Positions 1 through 10,000 of a stretch of 64,000 nucleotides of DNA are shown one piece after another. Below the pieces are notes generated by a model, which saw nothing but the letters and a program-made list of their open reading frames with translations, was not told the DNA's origin and made no database searches. Every line of letters begins with the position of its first letter. The stretch's first letter is position 1. A program made the translations under genes and the position numbers. Source of the stretch: an uncultured Chloroflexia bacterium (GTDB lineage Bacteria > Chloroflexota > UBA6077 > JACCZL01); the NCBI GenBank assembly GCA_963765765.1, contig CAVXYC010000023.1, positions 224,001-288,000 of the forward strand, given 5' to 3'.

Positions 1-468
1 ATCGGGCTGTGGTGCCTGAAGCTTTCGGGGCTGCCCCGCAATCTTCGCCAGGGGTACGCCACAGCGAGCATGGTGGTGGCATTGACGAGCGCCCTTGTTC
101 TGGCGCGGTCCACAAGCTTCGCGCCCGATCTACGCTCGCTTCGCAATCCCGTAGCACCCTCGAGCGCATCGCTGGCGCGCGGACAGGAGCTGTATCAAAC
201 CGCGGGCTGCGCGGAGTGTCATGGCGTGGCTGGCGGTGGTGATGGACCTGTGGGCCGCACGTTAAATCCGCGGCCGGCGGATTTTCGCGTTCACATGGCC
301 GCTGGTCACACCGACGGAGAGCTGTTTGATTGGGTGGCGAACGGAGTGCCAGGAACCGCCATGCCGGCGTACCGCGATTCACTCAGCGAAGAGGATCGCT
401 GGAACTTGATCAACTACATTCGGAAGTTCGCCGAAGTAGACACGGTGGCTGAGGCTCCGTCTGGATGA
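1..468 (+). CDS. c-type cytochrome domain protein, 5'-truncated (probably C-terminus of a membrane protein)
   Basis: Frame open from base 1; CAECH heme-binding motif; PRPADF...GVPGTAMP with axial Met; hydrophobic segment upstream. Confidence 0.8.
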   Translation: MGLWCLKLSGLPRNLRQGYATASMVVALTSALVLARSTSFAPDLRSLRNPVAPSSASLARGQELYQTAGCAECHGVAGGGDGPVGRTLNPRPADFRVHMAAGHTDGELFDWVANGVPGTAMPAYRDSLSEEDRWNLINYIRKFAEVDTVAEAPSG

Positions 469-511
469 TGATCCCCAGACCGGCGCGGTCCAAAGGGCGT
501 GAGTAGACCGC

Positions 512-1313
512 ATGCTCATTGACATTACCCTAGATCCAACCATCTTCACACTCGGCCCGATTGTGATTGGCTGGCATGGGATTCTTACGATGCTGGCCGT
601 TGTGCTTGCTGTCTGGTATGGAATGTATCGGTCTGACCGAGCGGGGCTGGACATGGCCATCATCGAACGGGGGGTGACTGCGGCAATTGTCGGTGGATTC
701 ATCGGCGCCCGTGTTTTTCACGTGCTCGATCACCTGGACTACTACTCTCAGAGCTCGCTCGAAATTGTGTATCTCTGACAAGGCGGCATGGCCGCGTACG
801 GTGGATTCATTGGCGGGCTTCTCGCGGGCCGCATCTTTGCCCGCCGTACTGGACTACCCGTGTGGCGGCTGCTCGGCGCGGCGGCGCCCGCGCTTCTCGT
901 CGGGCAGATCATCGGGCGGCTCGGCTGTCTCGCAAATGGGACGCGTGGGGTGCGCCGACGGATTGTGCCTGTGGAATGGTGTATTGGAACGAGCAGGCTT
1001 CGATCCCCGCAGGTCTGATTGGTATACCGACGCATCCATATCCGTTGTACGAGATGGTGGCGTTGTCGGCAGTTCTCGGAGCGCTACTCTGGCTTGCGCC
1101 GCACCTTCAATGGCGGGGGCAGCTTTTCTCCTGGTGGTTATCAGCTACGCAGGCACTCGATTCGCGTTGACGTTTGTGCGCCAGGAGCAATTGCTATTTG
1201 CCGGATTGCAGGAGGCACAGGTCGTCGCGGTCGTCACTGCCTTCATTGCGTTGGCCTACATGCCGATGCGGCGCTCCGCATCTCAGAAGACGGTAGACGC
1301 CACATCTGACTGA
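512..1313 (+). CDS. lgt: prolipoprotein diacylglyceryl transferase (frameshifted)
   Basis: Pieces 512-778, 788-~940, ~940-1140, ~1140-1313 carry Lgt motifs DPTIFTLGP-IGWHG, GGFIGARVFHV, GQIIGRLGCLANG, HPYPLYE, Y...RFALTFVR. Confidence 0.85.
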
Positions 1314-1485
1314 CGTGAACAGTAGTTCGGATGGCAGACCCACCGGTACAAAACGTGCCACTGGACTTAGAGCAGGATTGTCTGCAATCCGTTCTTGCGA
1401 GCTTGTTCGTTTATTTGACTAAGGGCAGTCGCATTTGAAGACAACTCGCCCCATTCGACGCTCGCAACGTTCTTCAGGAGAGCTC

Positions 1486-2274
1486 ATGTCCCCTCGGTTG
1501 GTATTTTCGTCCAGAATTCGCGCGGGACTTACCATCTCGCTCGCAGCGCTTATGCTGGCCTGCTCTGGACCAACGGCCAGTCCAACCAGCGCACCGCCTA
1601 CATCGAAGCCTAGCGCCCCTCCGGCCGCTGCCAGTCCGGCCGCGGCGGCATCGCCAGCGGTTCCGGCAGCGTCTCCTTCGGCACCCGCATCCCAGCCCGG
1701 CTGCTGTTGCGCCCGCCAGCTCATCCACAGCCGCTAACTCAATGCGTTTCGTGTTCGAGCCGGGCGGAAGTGAGATTCGCTATCGCGCCCGGGAAACGTT
1801 CGCCAACCAACCCACGCGGCGGAAGCCGTTGGGTCTACGAGACAGGTAACCGGAGCAATCGTGCTCACCAGCGATGGCGCCATCGTTCCGGATGACTCGA
1901 AGGTCGTCGTTGATCTTTCAACGCTCACCAGTGATCGCGGTAATCGCGATAACTTCATCAAGCAGAACACGCTTCAGACGGCGCAATATCCGAACGCCGA
2001 GCTCGTGCTGCGTGAAGTAACAGATCTTCTCAGGCCGCTACCAGCTACGGGTGCGGACTCGTTCCAGCTTCTCGGGGATCTCACCGTCCATGGTGTCACG
2101 CGTCCCGTTCAGTGGGACGTCAATGCCCAGTTTTCGCCGGATGGAGTCACTGGCACTGCCACGACGCGCGTCAAGATGACCGACTTTGGCATGCAAACTC
2201 CGCGGACGGCTACGATCTTGAGTGTGGAGGACGAGCTTCGGCTTGAGCTCGACTTCAACGCCAAGCGATCCTGA
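1486..2274 (+). CDS. YceI-family lipoprotein (frameshifted)
   Basis: SD AGGAG; lipobox LMLAC; Pro/Ala linker; C-terminal YceI motifs DLSTLTSD...RDN, GDLTVHGVTRPV, MTDFGM. Confidence 0.8.
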
Positions 2275-2299
2275 GCTCTTCCAGCATATCGGAGTCTTG

Positions 2300-2326
2300 A
2301 CGAGGGGCGCCCCTAGGGCGCCTCGT
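2300..2326 (+). terminator. probable hairpin terminator
   Basis: acgagg-ggcgccc cta gggcgcc-tcgt stem just after the YceI stop. Confidence 0.4.
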
Positions 2327-2366
2327 TGCTTGTCGCCTGGAATTGACGTGATAGGATGCGGGACCA

Positions 2367-2948
2367 ATGATAGAGCTCTCCGCTGACAATTCTCTCCCCG
2401 GTCGTGAGCTCCATGATCACCCAGGCGACCACAAGACTCTCGTGATTCGCCGCGCGCTCAATGCACCCGTTGAACGGGTGTGGAGCGCATTGACCGATCC
2501 GAAGCAAGTAAGTCGATGGTATTTGCCGCTCGAGGGTGATCTCCGTGAAGGCGGCTACTACGTGCTCGTGGGGAACGCGGTGGGGGAGATTTGGCGGTGC
2601 GATCCGCTCCGCGAGCTCACGCTATCATGGGTGTATGGCGAGTTCGAAAGTAAGCTTGGACTTCGATTCGCCCCTCATCAGTCAGGGACGATGCTCGAGC
2701 TTGTGCACGGACCCATTCCGATTGACATGATTGCGAATCCCACGCCGGAGCTCTGGGGGCTGGCCGTAAATTGGGAAATGGTGTTGTCCGGCCTGGATGA
2801 CTTTCTGGCTGGGAAAACCCCGAGCGGCCTAGCAATCGAGTGGATGCCACGGCTCTCTCACGAAGAGCGGTCCGCCAGTATGGCTCTCGCCAATGCCCTC
2901 AATGATGCCTGGGTGGCGCTCATCGGTGCTTCTCCGCGGGAGCGCTAA
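2367..2948 (+). CDS. SRPBCC/AHSA1 domain protein
   Basis: APVERVWSALTDP...RWYLP..GDLREGG.Y..GNA.GEI..CDP. Confidence 0.85.
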   Translation: MIELSADNSLPGRELHDHPGDHKTLVIRRALNAPVERVWSALTDPKQVSRWYLPLEGDLREGGYYVLVGNAVGEIWRCDPLRELTLSWVYGEFESKLGLRFAPHQSGTMLELVHGPIPIDMIANPTPELWGLAVNWEMVLSGLDDFLAGKTPSGLAIEWMPRLSHEERSASMALANALNDAWVALIGASPRER

Positions 2949-2954
2949 CGCGCG

Positions 2955-3561
2955 TTACGCTGGAATCTCGCGACGGATGGCGACCGCGAGGTACCGATCG
3001 ACACCATCATCGATCCTTTGAGCTGACCACCCGGATGCATCCAGTAGACCTCGCAGAACGGGGGCTGCCAGCGTGTCGTCATCCGAAGGCGTTCCTCCGT
3101 GTCGAGCTGCCAGAGCGACGCGTCCGATAGGGTGAAAGATGGCGAGAGTCCCGTCGCCGGAGGTGACGCGGGCGACCTCCAGCAGGCCGCTCAGCGGATC
3201 GCCCAGGTGAGGTAGTAGGCCGGCGGCGAAGACAACGTCAAATTGTGCGGCGCCGAACGGCAGACGCATGACATCCGCCACAAGGAGATGCGAGACCGAG
3301 CTACGGCCACGGCGAACGGCCCGCTGAATCATGCCCGGTGTGAGGTCGGCTCCCACCACCACACCTGCGCGCCCGACGGAACTCTTGAGAAACGGAAGGG
3401 CGCCGGCCGGTGCCGCAGCCGGCATCCAGTACACGGGCCCCAGACCGCAGGTCGAGCTCGGCAATGGCCGCCTGGAAGAGCGGATCGTCGTCCGGGAAGC
3501 GGTCTTCCCAGCCGGCAGCTCGCGACTCGAAAAATTCCTGGGTGTCGCGAACGTAGTTCAA
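2955..3561 (-). CDS. class I SAM-dependent methyltransferase (frameshifted)
   Basis: VLDAGCGTGR in 3301-3561 continues as GADLTPGM...ADVMRLPF..FDVVF in 2955-3464. Confidence 0.85.
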
Positions 3562-3656
3562 GTATGTCGCTCAGGCGCGAAGCGCTTTCGTGCGCGGAGC
3601 GCCGCTTTCTATGGTTCCCGTACCCGTTTGGGATGCCAAGAAAGCGGCACTTCGGT

Positions 3657-3872
3657 TTAGGTCAGGCCTTCGGTATGCGAACCGGAGACTTCCCCGATGA
3701 TCTCTTCGAAGGGGATCTCGCGAACGTCTCCGACCGGAATCTCGGGATTATCAAGCGAGTCGAGATACTTCACTCGAACGTGAATCTCATCGGGCATGAG
3801 CGACTGCACCTCGATCAGACTGCCGTCTGATAGGGTGCACTCCATGCCCGGTCGAATGAATTTGATATTCAT
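3657..3872 (-). CDS. small hypothetical protein (71 aa)
   Basis: SD GGAG; 20 nt after the Rieske gene stop; acidic, beta-strand-like pattern. Confidence 0.6.
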   Translation of the reverse strand: MNIKFIRPGMECTLSDGSLIEVQSLMPDEIHVRVKYLDSLDNPEIPVGDVREIPFEEIIGEVSGSHTEGLT

Positions 3873-3892
3873 GCGTCTGCTCCGGAGTTTGC

Positions 3893-5191
3893 TCAGTCGC
3901 GCGGGTGAATCTGTCCGAAGCCGGCCAGCTCTTTCCGCACCTTCTCAGGCGTGGCGAGGCCGGCCTTGCGGGCACGCTGCTGGGCTATTGGGCTGTACTT
4001 CACGGCCTGACCCGTGGAGATCTCACCCTTCTTCCGGCCAGCGCCTCGGTGATCGTCTGGCACGGAAATAGAGACGTTGGTGGCCGGGTCGCGGAAGGTG
4101 TTCATCGGGTCGCCGCCCTGCTCCACGATCTTCATCTGATCGCGTAGCAATCGACGATAAAGAATGATCCCGCGGTCGGACTCACCGAGATGCTCGGTCC
4201 AGCGTGGGGTGATTGGGCCCTGAGACTGCCAGGCGAAATTGTCCTGGCCGGAGTTGTTGTCCATCACGTCCCAGATGGGGAGGCCGTCGCGTCCTACGCC
4301 GGGAAGCGGAACCTCGTAGAGCGGGATCTCGTTCTTGGCCTGCTCCGGCTCGCCCTCGTCTCGAGGGTGGACGTTGTACCACCAGTAGAGCGTGTGGGTA
4401 TCGTCGATCGGCACGCGGATCTGGTCCTGACGCAGCATGTTGGGGAAGCAGATGGGGTGGCCGATAGCCCAGTTGGGATGGCTCTCGTCATCGCCCTCGA
4501 GTACGCGTCGCTTTACGATGCCGTGCTCGAAGATATCGAAGCCGATTTTGGCGTGCTTCTGGACGTTTGTGCGCTCTCGCCAGAAGCTGGGATCGACGTG
4601 AGGTCGGTCCAGGCGCTCCAGCACGTAGTTGGCAAAGTACTGGTGGAGCCACTCCACGTGGACCGGATCCAGTGAGTTCTCCATGATCTGGAGCCAGTTG
4701 CAGGGGAGGATGGCCCAGCCGATATCGCGGACGCCGTCCTTCACGAAGGCTTCCCAGCGCGGCACCATGGGCTTCTTGTCGAGCGGGCCCAGCCAGGCCC
4801 AGAGCATGCCGCCCAGCTCCTCTACGGGATAGGTCAGCACTTTGATTCGATCTTTGAAGGTGGAATCTGGCGACTCCGCGGGCTGCTCGAGACAGTTGCC
4901 TTGCGGATCGAAAAGCCAGCCGTGGTAAGGACAGCGCAGACCTTCTGGCTCAGGAATGCCCCACAGCATGTTCACATTGCGGTGAGGGCAGTACTCTTGC
5001 ATGAGGCCGTAACCGCCTGAGCGATCCTTGTAGGCGATCAGATGCTCGCCCAGAATATCGACCACGCGGGTGGGGTGCTCGTCGAGCTGCGCCACTGTGG
5101 CGAACGGCGTCCAGTACCTGCGGAGCAGGTTGCCCATCGGTGTGCCCGGACCTACCTCAGTGAATCGCCGGTTCTGTTCCTTCGTAAGCAA
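3893..5191 (-). CDS. Rieske aromatic ring-hydroxylating oxygenase alpha subunit (phthalate 4,5-dioxygenase-like), copy 1
   Basis: VGPGTPMGNLLRRYW; CPH...CPYHGW Rieske ligands; ENSLDPVHVEWLH and QD mononuclear iron ligands. Confidence 0.92.
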   Translation of the reverse strand: MLTKEQNRRFTEVGPGTPMGNLLRRYWTPFATVAQLDEHPTRVVDILGEHLIAYKDRSGGYGLMQEYCPHRNVNMLWGIPEPEGLRCPYHGWLFDPQGNCLEQPAESPDSTFKDRIKVLTYPVEELGGMLWAWLGPLDKKPMVPRWEAFVKDGVRDIGWAILPCNWLQIMENSLDPVHVEWLHQYFANYVLERLDRPHVDPSFWRERTNVQKHAKIGFDIFEHGIVKRRVLEGDDESHPNWAIGHPICFPNMLRQDQIRVPIDDTHTLYWWYNVHPRDEGEPEQAKNEIPLYEVPLPGVGRDGLPIWDVMDNNSGQDNFAWQSQGPITPRWTEHLGESDRGIILYRRLLRDQMKIVEQGGDPMNTFRDPATNVSISVPDDHRGAGRKKGEISTGQAVKYSPIAQQRARKAGLATPEKVRKELAGFGQIHPRD

Positions 5192-5448
5192 GTACGTCCT
5201 CCAGATCCTGAATTCGTTCCTGCATTGTACGGCACGGGTACCGGGGGCGCTTTTGCCTGGATTCGCATGGAAGACCCGATACGAATGCTCTAAGTACAGT
5301 CCGGTTGGTGCTGCCGCATTTCAGCCGGCGGTGAGCCGTTCGCATCGGGCCGGGCGGGACGCCCGCGCTCCCAGGCATGTCGGGGTGTCCCAAGGCATGA
5401 TGTACAGTCCAATCAAATCTCCAGGCAGTCGATTCAAGGGTTGATTGT

Positions 5449-6435
5449 GTGAAGTTTGCCACTTGTTTTGCCCTTCTCACCGGGCTCTTCGTGCTTGGCT
5501 CTCTGGGCACGCCGGCGGCTGCTCAACCGGTGACTCTATCAGGCCATATCGCTCTTCCCAGGGGCGCAGATCTCCTCCTTTTGAATGCAGGCTCTGGCGA
5601 GGAGCAGATACTGACGCTGCAGGGCGACGCACTGATTTCGAGCGTGTCTTGGTCGCCTGGTCGTGAGCGGCTCGCCGTCGCTCGATCGTCGCGCCCGCCT
5701 GGTGACCTCGCTTACGGACAGGACATCGATATCGTGGACGCCTCGAGTGGCGAGATGCTGAGCTCGGTGAAGCGAGACAAGTCAGGCATCATTCTCGACA
5801 TACCTGTGTGGACCCCGGACGGGCAGTGGCTCTATTTCGACCGCCAGGAGACCGTCCGTTTCGGCGTCGAAAACCGGATCGAGCGCGCGCACCGCGATGG
5901 CTCGGCCCGTTCCACGGTCATTGACAACGCGCGATCACCCTCCCTTTCTCCTGACGGCAGCCGACTGGCTTTCATTCGTGCTGATCGAGGTGAGGTGCTC
6001 TATGTGGGCGGCGTGGATGGGCAGGGCGTTCAGCCGCTCGTTCCCGCGGGGAAGTTTCTCCTGATTACGTATCCCCGGTTCTCGCCTGATGGCGAATGGA
6101 TCGTATTCGCCACCGTCACCGATCCGACGCGAGATGTCTCGCCTCAGCCCACGCGCCAGCCTGGAATCTCGAGTGCGCTTGGCGCCATTCAGTCCACGCT
6201 ATTTGCTCCGCGTCGGCATGGCATACCGTGGGATATCTGGCTTGTGCGACCAGACGGTCGCGATCTCCACGTCGTTCGTCTAGCGGAGGACGACCCATCG
6301 CTTGCCTGGTCCCCCGACGGTTCGGGCGTTGCCGTATATGGTGGTCGAGGCCTTGGTATCCTGGACGAATCTGGACAGGTCCAGCCGATCAAGGACGAGA
6401 TCATGGGCTACGGCGGCATCGACTGGGCGCGTTAG
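5449..6435 (+). CDS. secreted TolB-like PD40 beta-propeller protein
   Basis: Signal peptide; repeats WSPG, WTPDG, LSPDG, FSPDG, WSPDG. Confidence 0.85.
   Translation: MKFATCFALLTGLFVLGSLGTPAAAQPVTLSGHIALPRGADLLLLNAGSGEEQILTLQGDALISSVSWSPGRERLAVARSSRPPGDLAYGQDIDIVDASSGEMLSSVKRDKSGIILDIPVWTPDGQWLYFDRQETVRFGVENRIERAHRDGSARSTVIDNARSPSLSPDGSRLAFIRADRGEVLYVGGVDGQGVQPLVPAGKFLLITYPRFSPDGEWIVFATVTDPTRDVSPQPTRQPGISSALGAIQSTLFAPRRHGIPWDIWLVRPDGRDLHVVRLAEDDPSLAWSPDGSGVAVYGGRGLGILDESGQVQPIKDEIMGYGGIDWAR
6382..6435 (+). repeat. direct repeat copy A (3' end of the TolB-like gene; putative attL)
   Basis: 47/54 nt identical to 20228-20281. Confidence 0.85.
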
Positions 6436-7149
6436 TTATCAGCTCTCACAGGTGGACACCGCGCGTGACAGCAGTCTTCGGCACGTCACTCGGTTGTTCC
6501 CCCAGACATTTACCGAGTTGACGTCCCCTCAGCCAGACAACCTAGATCTCTAATCTGCACGGGACACGGCGTCGCCAGTAAAGGCATGGACACGGCCTTC
6601 TCCGGAACAGCTTCCGGCGGACAGGGCGGAACCCGAGTCTCGATGGGCTTAATCGGTCGGCTGCTGAGCCGCCATAACCGGGCATCAAAACGGGACGCCA
6701 ACCACGTGCTTTTGTACGAGCTCGCTTAGGGATAGCCCCGTTAATTGATGGACCTGAGAGTTCGGGGCCAGCGATCGGCGGCGGCCCTGTCGGGGCATCG
6801 CACAGGCCGGCGTAACGAGTCCTTCTGCTGCTGACCTTCCTGAGATGCAAGTTCTCGCCGCGTTCGTGGATCTTTGAGAAAGGCAGGAACGAAGGCCATA
6901 TGAACCACAGCGAGGTCGCTTGACTGGCCAAGCGAGGTTAAACCTCAAGGTAAGGGCGCTCAAGGAACTCTCAATCGAGGTGCCCGAGGAGACGGACCAG
7001 ATCGGGACGCGTTCGTGGAGCCTCTGCCTACGATCAGCCTGCTGCCCGGAGTGAGGCGGATGCCGTGAACTTTCGATACCGAGCTGGCTTTCCCCGATCA
7101 CGTTCGATCAGCGAGAGAATCCGTCCTTCGGCAGCGACCAAGATGAGGC

Positions 7150-7560
7150 ATGGCACCAATGAGCGAACATATTTTCAAAGACAATTTGGGACCAAAATCA
7201 GACTTCTCCCCCCATAAGTTTCGACTCTCCTTTCATGAGCTATCGGTTTTCGAGGAGGCGCTATTCGTCGGATTTAGAGATGAACCAGTGCTTTCGGCCC
7301 GCCTGGACGCTCCAGATGACCGAACTGGTCAGACACAGACATCAGTGGCCACAGGATCGCCGTGGCCCGCAGCCTGGCAAGCTGCCATTCTGGGAATCGT
7401 GGCGGCAATTGGGTTGGGTCTCATCTTGCTCCTGCCCCCAAGCGTCCCAGACATTGTGGACGCGGAGGATGCCGGTTATTCGCTCGCCATCGATCTCGAC
7501 ATGGGGCCCGCGGCTGATGCTCGGCATGAGTGGGCCGATGTGCGAACTCTGTTCCGGTAA
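7150..7560 (+). CDS. hypothetical single-TM protein
   Basis: ORF with GAGG SD and one hydrophobic helix (AILGIVAAIGLGLILLLP); no family recognised. Confidence 0.35.
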   Translation: MAPMSEHIFKDNLGPKSDFSPHKFRLSFHELSVFEEALFVGFRDEPVLSARLDAPDDRTGQTQTSVATGSPWPAAWQAAILGIVAAIGLGLILLLPPSVPDIVDAEDAGYSLAIDLDMGPAADARHEWADVRTLFR

Positions 7561-7841
7561 GCGCTTGATCCCATTGAATTGAACGCCGCAGCATCTGCAT
7601 CAAGGCTGTGTACGTCAGGCGGCGGATATTACTCTACGGGAAGAGGTCCGCCGGGCATGCGGCCTCCTCCGCGGAGGCCGCGAGGGCTTGTTTGGACGAT
7701 GCCGTTGCCAGGCATGGCTGGATTGAGCGTAGATTCGACCCTCGGGATCCAGAATCGGATTGCAGACTCACTAACTGCCCGGACCGAAGCTCGAAATTCG
7801 TCGAGCATCCGACAACTGTTGCCTTCAGTCTTCGCTCATGT

Positions 7842-9641
7842 CTATTTGTCGATCCACCAATTTGCAGCGTCCCAGGTGAGATTGTTGGCGAAGACGTTGA
7901 CTTGCCAACCTCTCACAAACTTCTTAAATGCGTCGAGCTGCAGCCGGTTGTAAAGCACAATTTGACCCTTGCCTTCACTCACTCTCTCAGCAACGACGCC
8001 GTAAGCCTGCTTTCGCTGAGCTTCATCCAATGTCGATTCACCTTGAGCTAGGGCCAGATCGATCTGAGGATCCATTATCCGGTGGAAATTTGCGCCACCA
8101 CGATTCTGCTCAGTTGGAATTTGAGAACTGTGGAAGTTGCCCTGGAGAAAGCTATGCGGCTCCAACCCGGTTGCGCTGAAGGTTGCCATGAGCATGTCAA
8201 AATTTCCACGCGCACGTTGTGCGTTGTCTTGCCAGGTCCCAAGCACAACCGCAGATGGCGCGGTCTTAAGCTCAACTTCGATGCCGACCTCTCGTAGCTG
8301 CTCTTGAATGACCTGCTGGGTCTGTTCGCGCAGTTGATCGCCAGAAGTGGTTAGCAACTCAATCTTCGCTCGCACACCCTCGCGTGTGCGGATATTGTCC
8401 GTCCCCACTCGCCAACCAGCATCATCAAGAAGCTGCTTGGCGCGAATCACGTTGTATTCACTCGGTGGAAGTGAAGGAGCGAACCATCCAAGCGGTATGA
8501 CGGATGTCGCCACAGTCGCCTTGCCGTAAAGCAACGTATCCACCAGCAATTTCTTGTCAATCGCCATCTCGATGGCCTGGCGTACGCGGAGGTCACCCAA
8601 TAATTGGTGGGGACAGTCGGGGTTGCCTTGCCCATCTCCTGATGAGCAGCTCGTATTGAGTACGAGTCGTTCAAGCCGTGGACTCGGCTTTGGCTCGATC
8701 ACTGCGTCAGCGATGCTCTCGATTTCGGGAATATTTGGTTCGGCCAGGTTCCAAAGGACGTCGGTTTCGCCAATCTTGAATGACTGAATCGCAACCTCTC
8801 GGCTCGGAATGAACCTGAAGATGAGCGAGTCCAGGTGAGGCTTCCCGGAGTCTCGGTAGCGTGAATTGCGAGTTACGGTTATTGCTGTCCCACTCTCCCA
8901 GGAATTAAAGACAAATGGGCCTGTACCAATCGGGGCCCGATTAAAGGCGTGCTTATCAATCGCGGGATTCCCGCCAAAGACATGCTCTGGCAGAATCCAT
9001 GGGAAATGTTCGCGATACGGAGCGTACGGTCGCCTATACGTCACGACCACCGTGCTGTCATCGGGTGTCACGAGCGACTCGATCTCAGAATAGCCGGCAC
9101 GAAGGACTACTGGATTCTCCGGGAGGATCATGACTTGGTAGGTGAACGCGACATCCTTGCTCGTAAACGGCCTACCGTCCGACCAAACAACGCCAGATCG
9201 CAATTTCCACGTAACCGTCCGCCCGTCCTGTGACACACCACCGTTGGTAAGTGAAGGAACTTCCTGCGCCAGGACAGGGACATAGGTTCCATCGGCCCCT
9301 GACGCAATTAAGCCCTCCAGAATTGTGCTGGCAACAACGGTGGCTACCGTCTGACTGCCAAAGATCGGGTTGAGGATGGCCGGTTCCTGAGCTAATCCAA
9401 TTCGTACATTGCCACCTGACTTGACGAGGTCGGAGACGGGTTTTGCGGCGGTTGCCTCAGGTGACGGCGCGGATTTGGTTTCGTTTGATGTGCGGATGAT
9501 GTTGGAGTAAGCGTTGGCGCCGGGAAAGGCGTGGAGGACTGAGTGCAGCCGACGATGAGTAGGACCGACGAAAATGCAGTGAGGAACAGCCGAAACTCTA
9601 ACGGATGCCATTGCGGAATTCCCTCTCATCCCTGAAAACAC
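7842..9641 (-). CDS. peptide/nickel ABC transporter substrate-binding protein (family 5), orphan
   Basis: EPAILNP, TWKLRSGVVWSDGRPFTSKDVAFT, PIGTGPF, VRQAIEMAIDK; lipobox LIVGC lies in another frame (N-terminal indel). Confidence 0.9.
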   Translation of the reverse strand: MFSGMRGNSAMASVRVSAVPHCIFVGPTHRRLHSVLHAFPGANAYSNIIRTSNETKSAPSPEATAAKPVSDLVKSGGNVRIGLAQEPAILNPIFGSQTVATVVASTILEGLIASGADGTYVPVLAQEVPSLTNGGVSQDGRTVTWKLRSGVVWSDGRPFTSKDVAFTYQVMILPENPVVLRAGYSEIESLVTPDDSTVVVTYRRPYAPYREHFPWILPEHVFGGNPAIDKHAFNRAPIGTGPFVFNSWESGTAITVTRNSRYRDSGKPHLDSLIFRFIPSREVAIQSFKIGETDVLWNLAEPNIPEIESIADAVIEPKPSPRLERLVLNTSCSSGDGQGNPDCPHQLLGDLRVRQAIEMAIDKKLLVDTLLYGKATVATSVIPLGWFAPSLPPSEYNVIRAKQLLDDAGWRVGTDNIRTREGVRAKIELLTTSGDQLREQTQQVIQEQLREVGIEVELKTAPSAVVLGTWQDNAQRARGNFDMLMATFSATGLEPHSFLQGNFHSSQIPTEQNRGGANFHRIMDPQIDLALAQGESTLDEAQRKQAYGVVAERVSEGKGQIVLYNRLQLDAFKKFVRGWQVNVFANNLTWDAANWWIDK

Positions 9642-10000
9642 ACTGCAATATCGTCAGGGACGGTCGAGTGGAACCGAAGTCGTGCGCATTGGCCGTACAG
9701 CGCACTTCGGCGGTACGCGAAGCCGAGACCCACCCTACCACAAGCGCAACATCGTGTCGACGGAGCCGGAGCTAGCCAGGCCGAAGGGTCAGGAAACACC
9801 TCTGCCTTCGAATGTCCCTCATGTCTGGCCCCGTAGCTATCATGTCCAGGCCGTGATGAAATGCGTTGCAAGGGCAGCAGCGCAAAGTAGGACGTAACGA
9901 AGTTACGCAGTGGGTACCTTGCAATTATTGGCCACGGTGCTATCGTTGACGGCAATTTCCTGTTTCCTGGCGACGCACGGAATCTAGAGAGGCTGGTGAT

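Noticed and set aside
1570-1735. Ala/Pro/Ser low-complexity repeats in the YceI gene (similar at 46600-46710)
   Set aside because: Ordinary flexible lipoprotein linkers, not a repeat element.
6436-7140. Several short ORFs or a possible ncRNA at the island's left edge
   Set aside because: No recognisable protein motif or RNA family; left unannotated.
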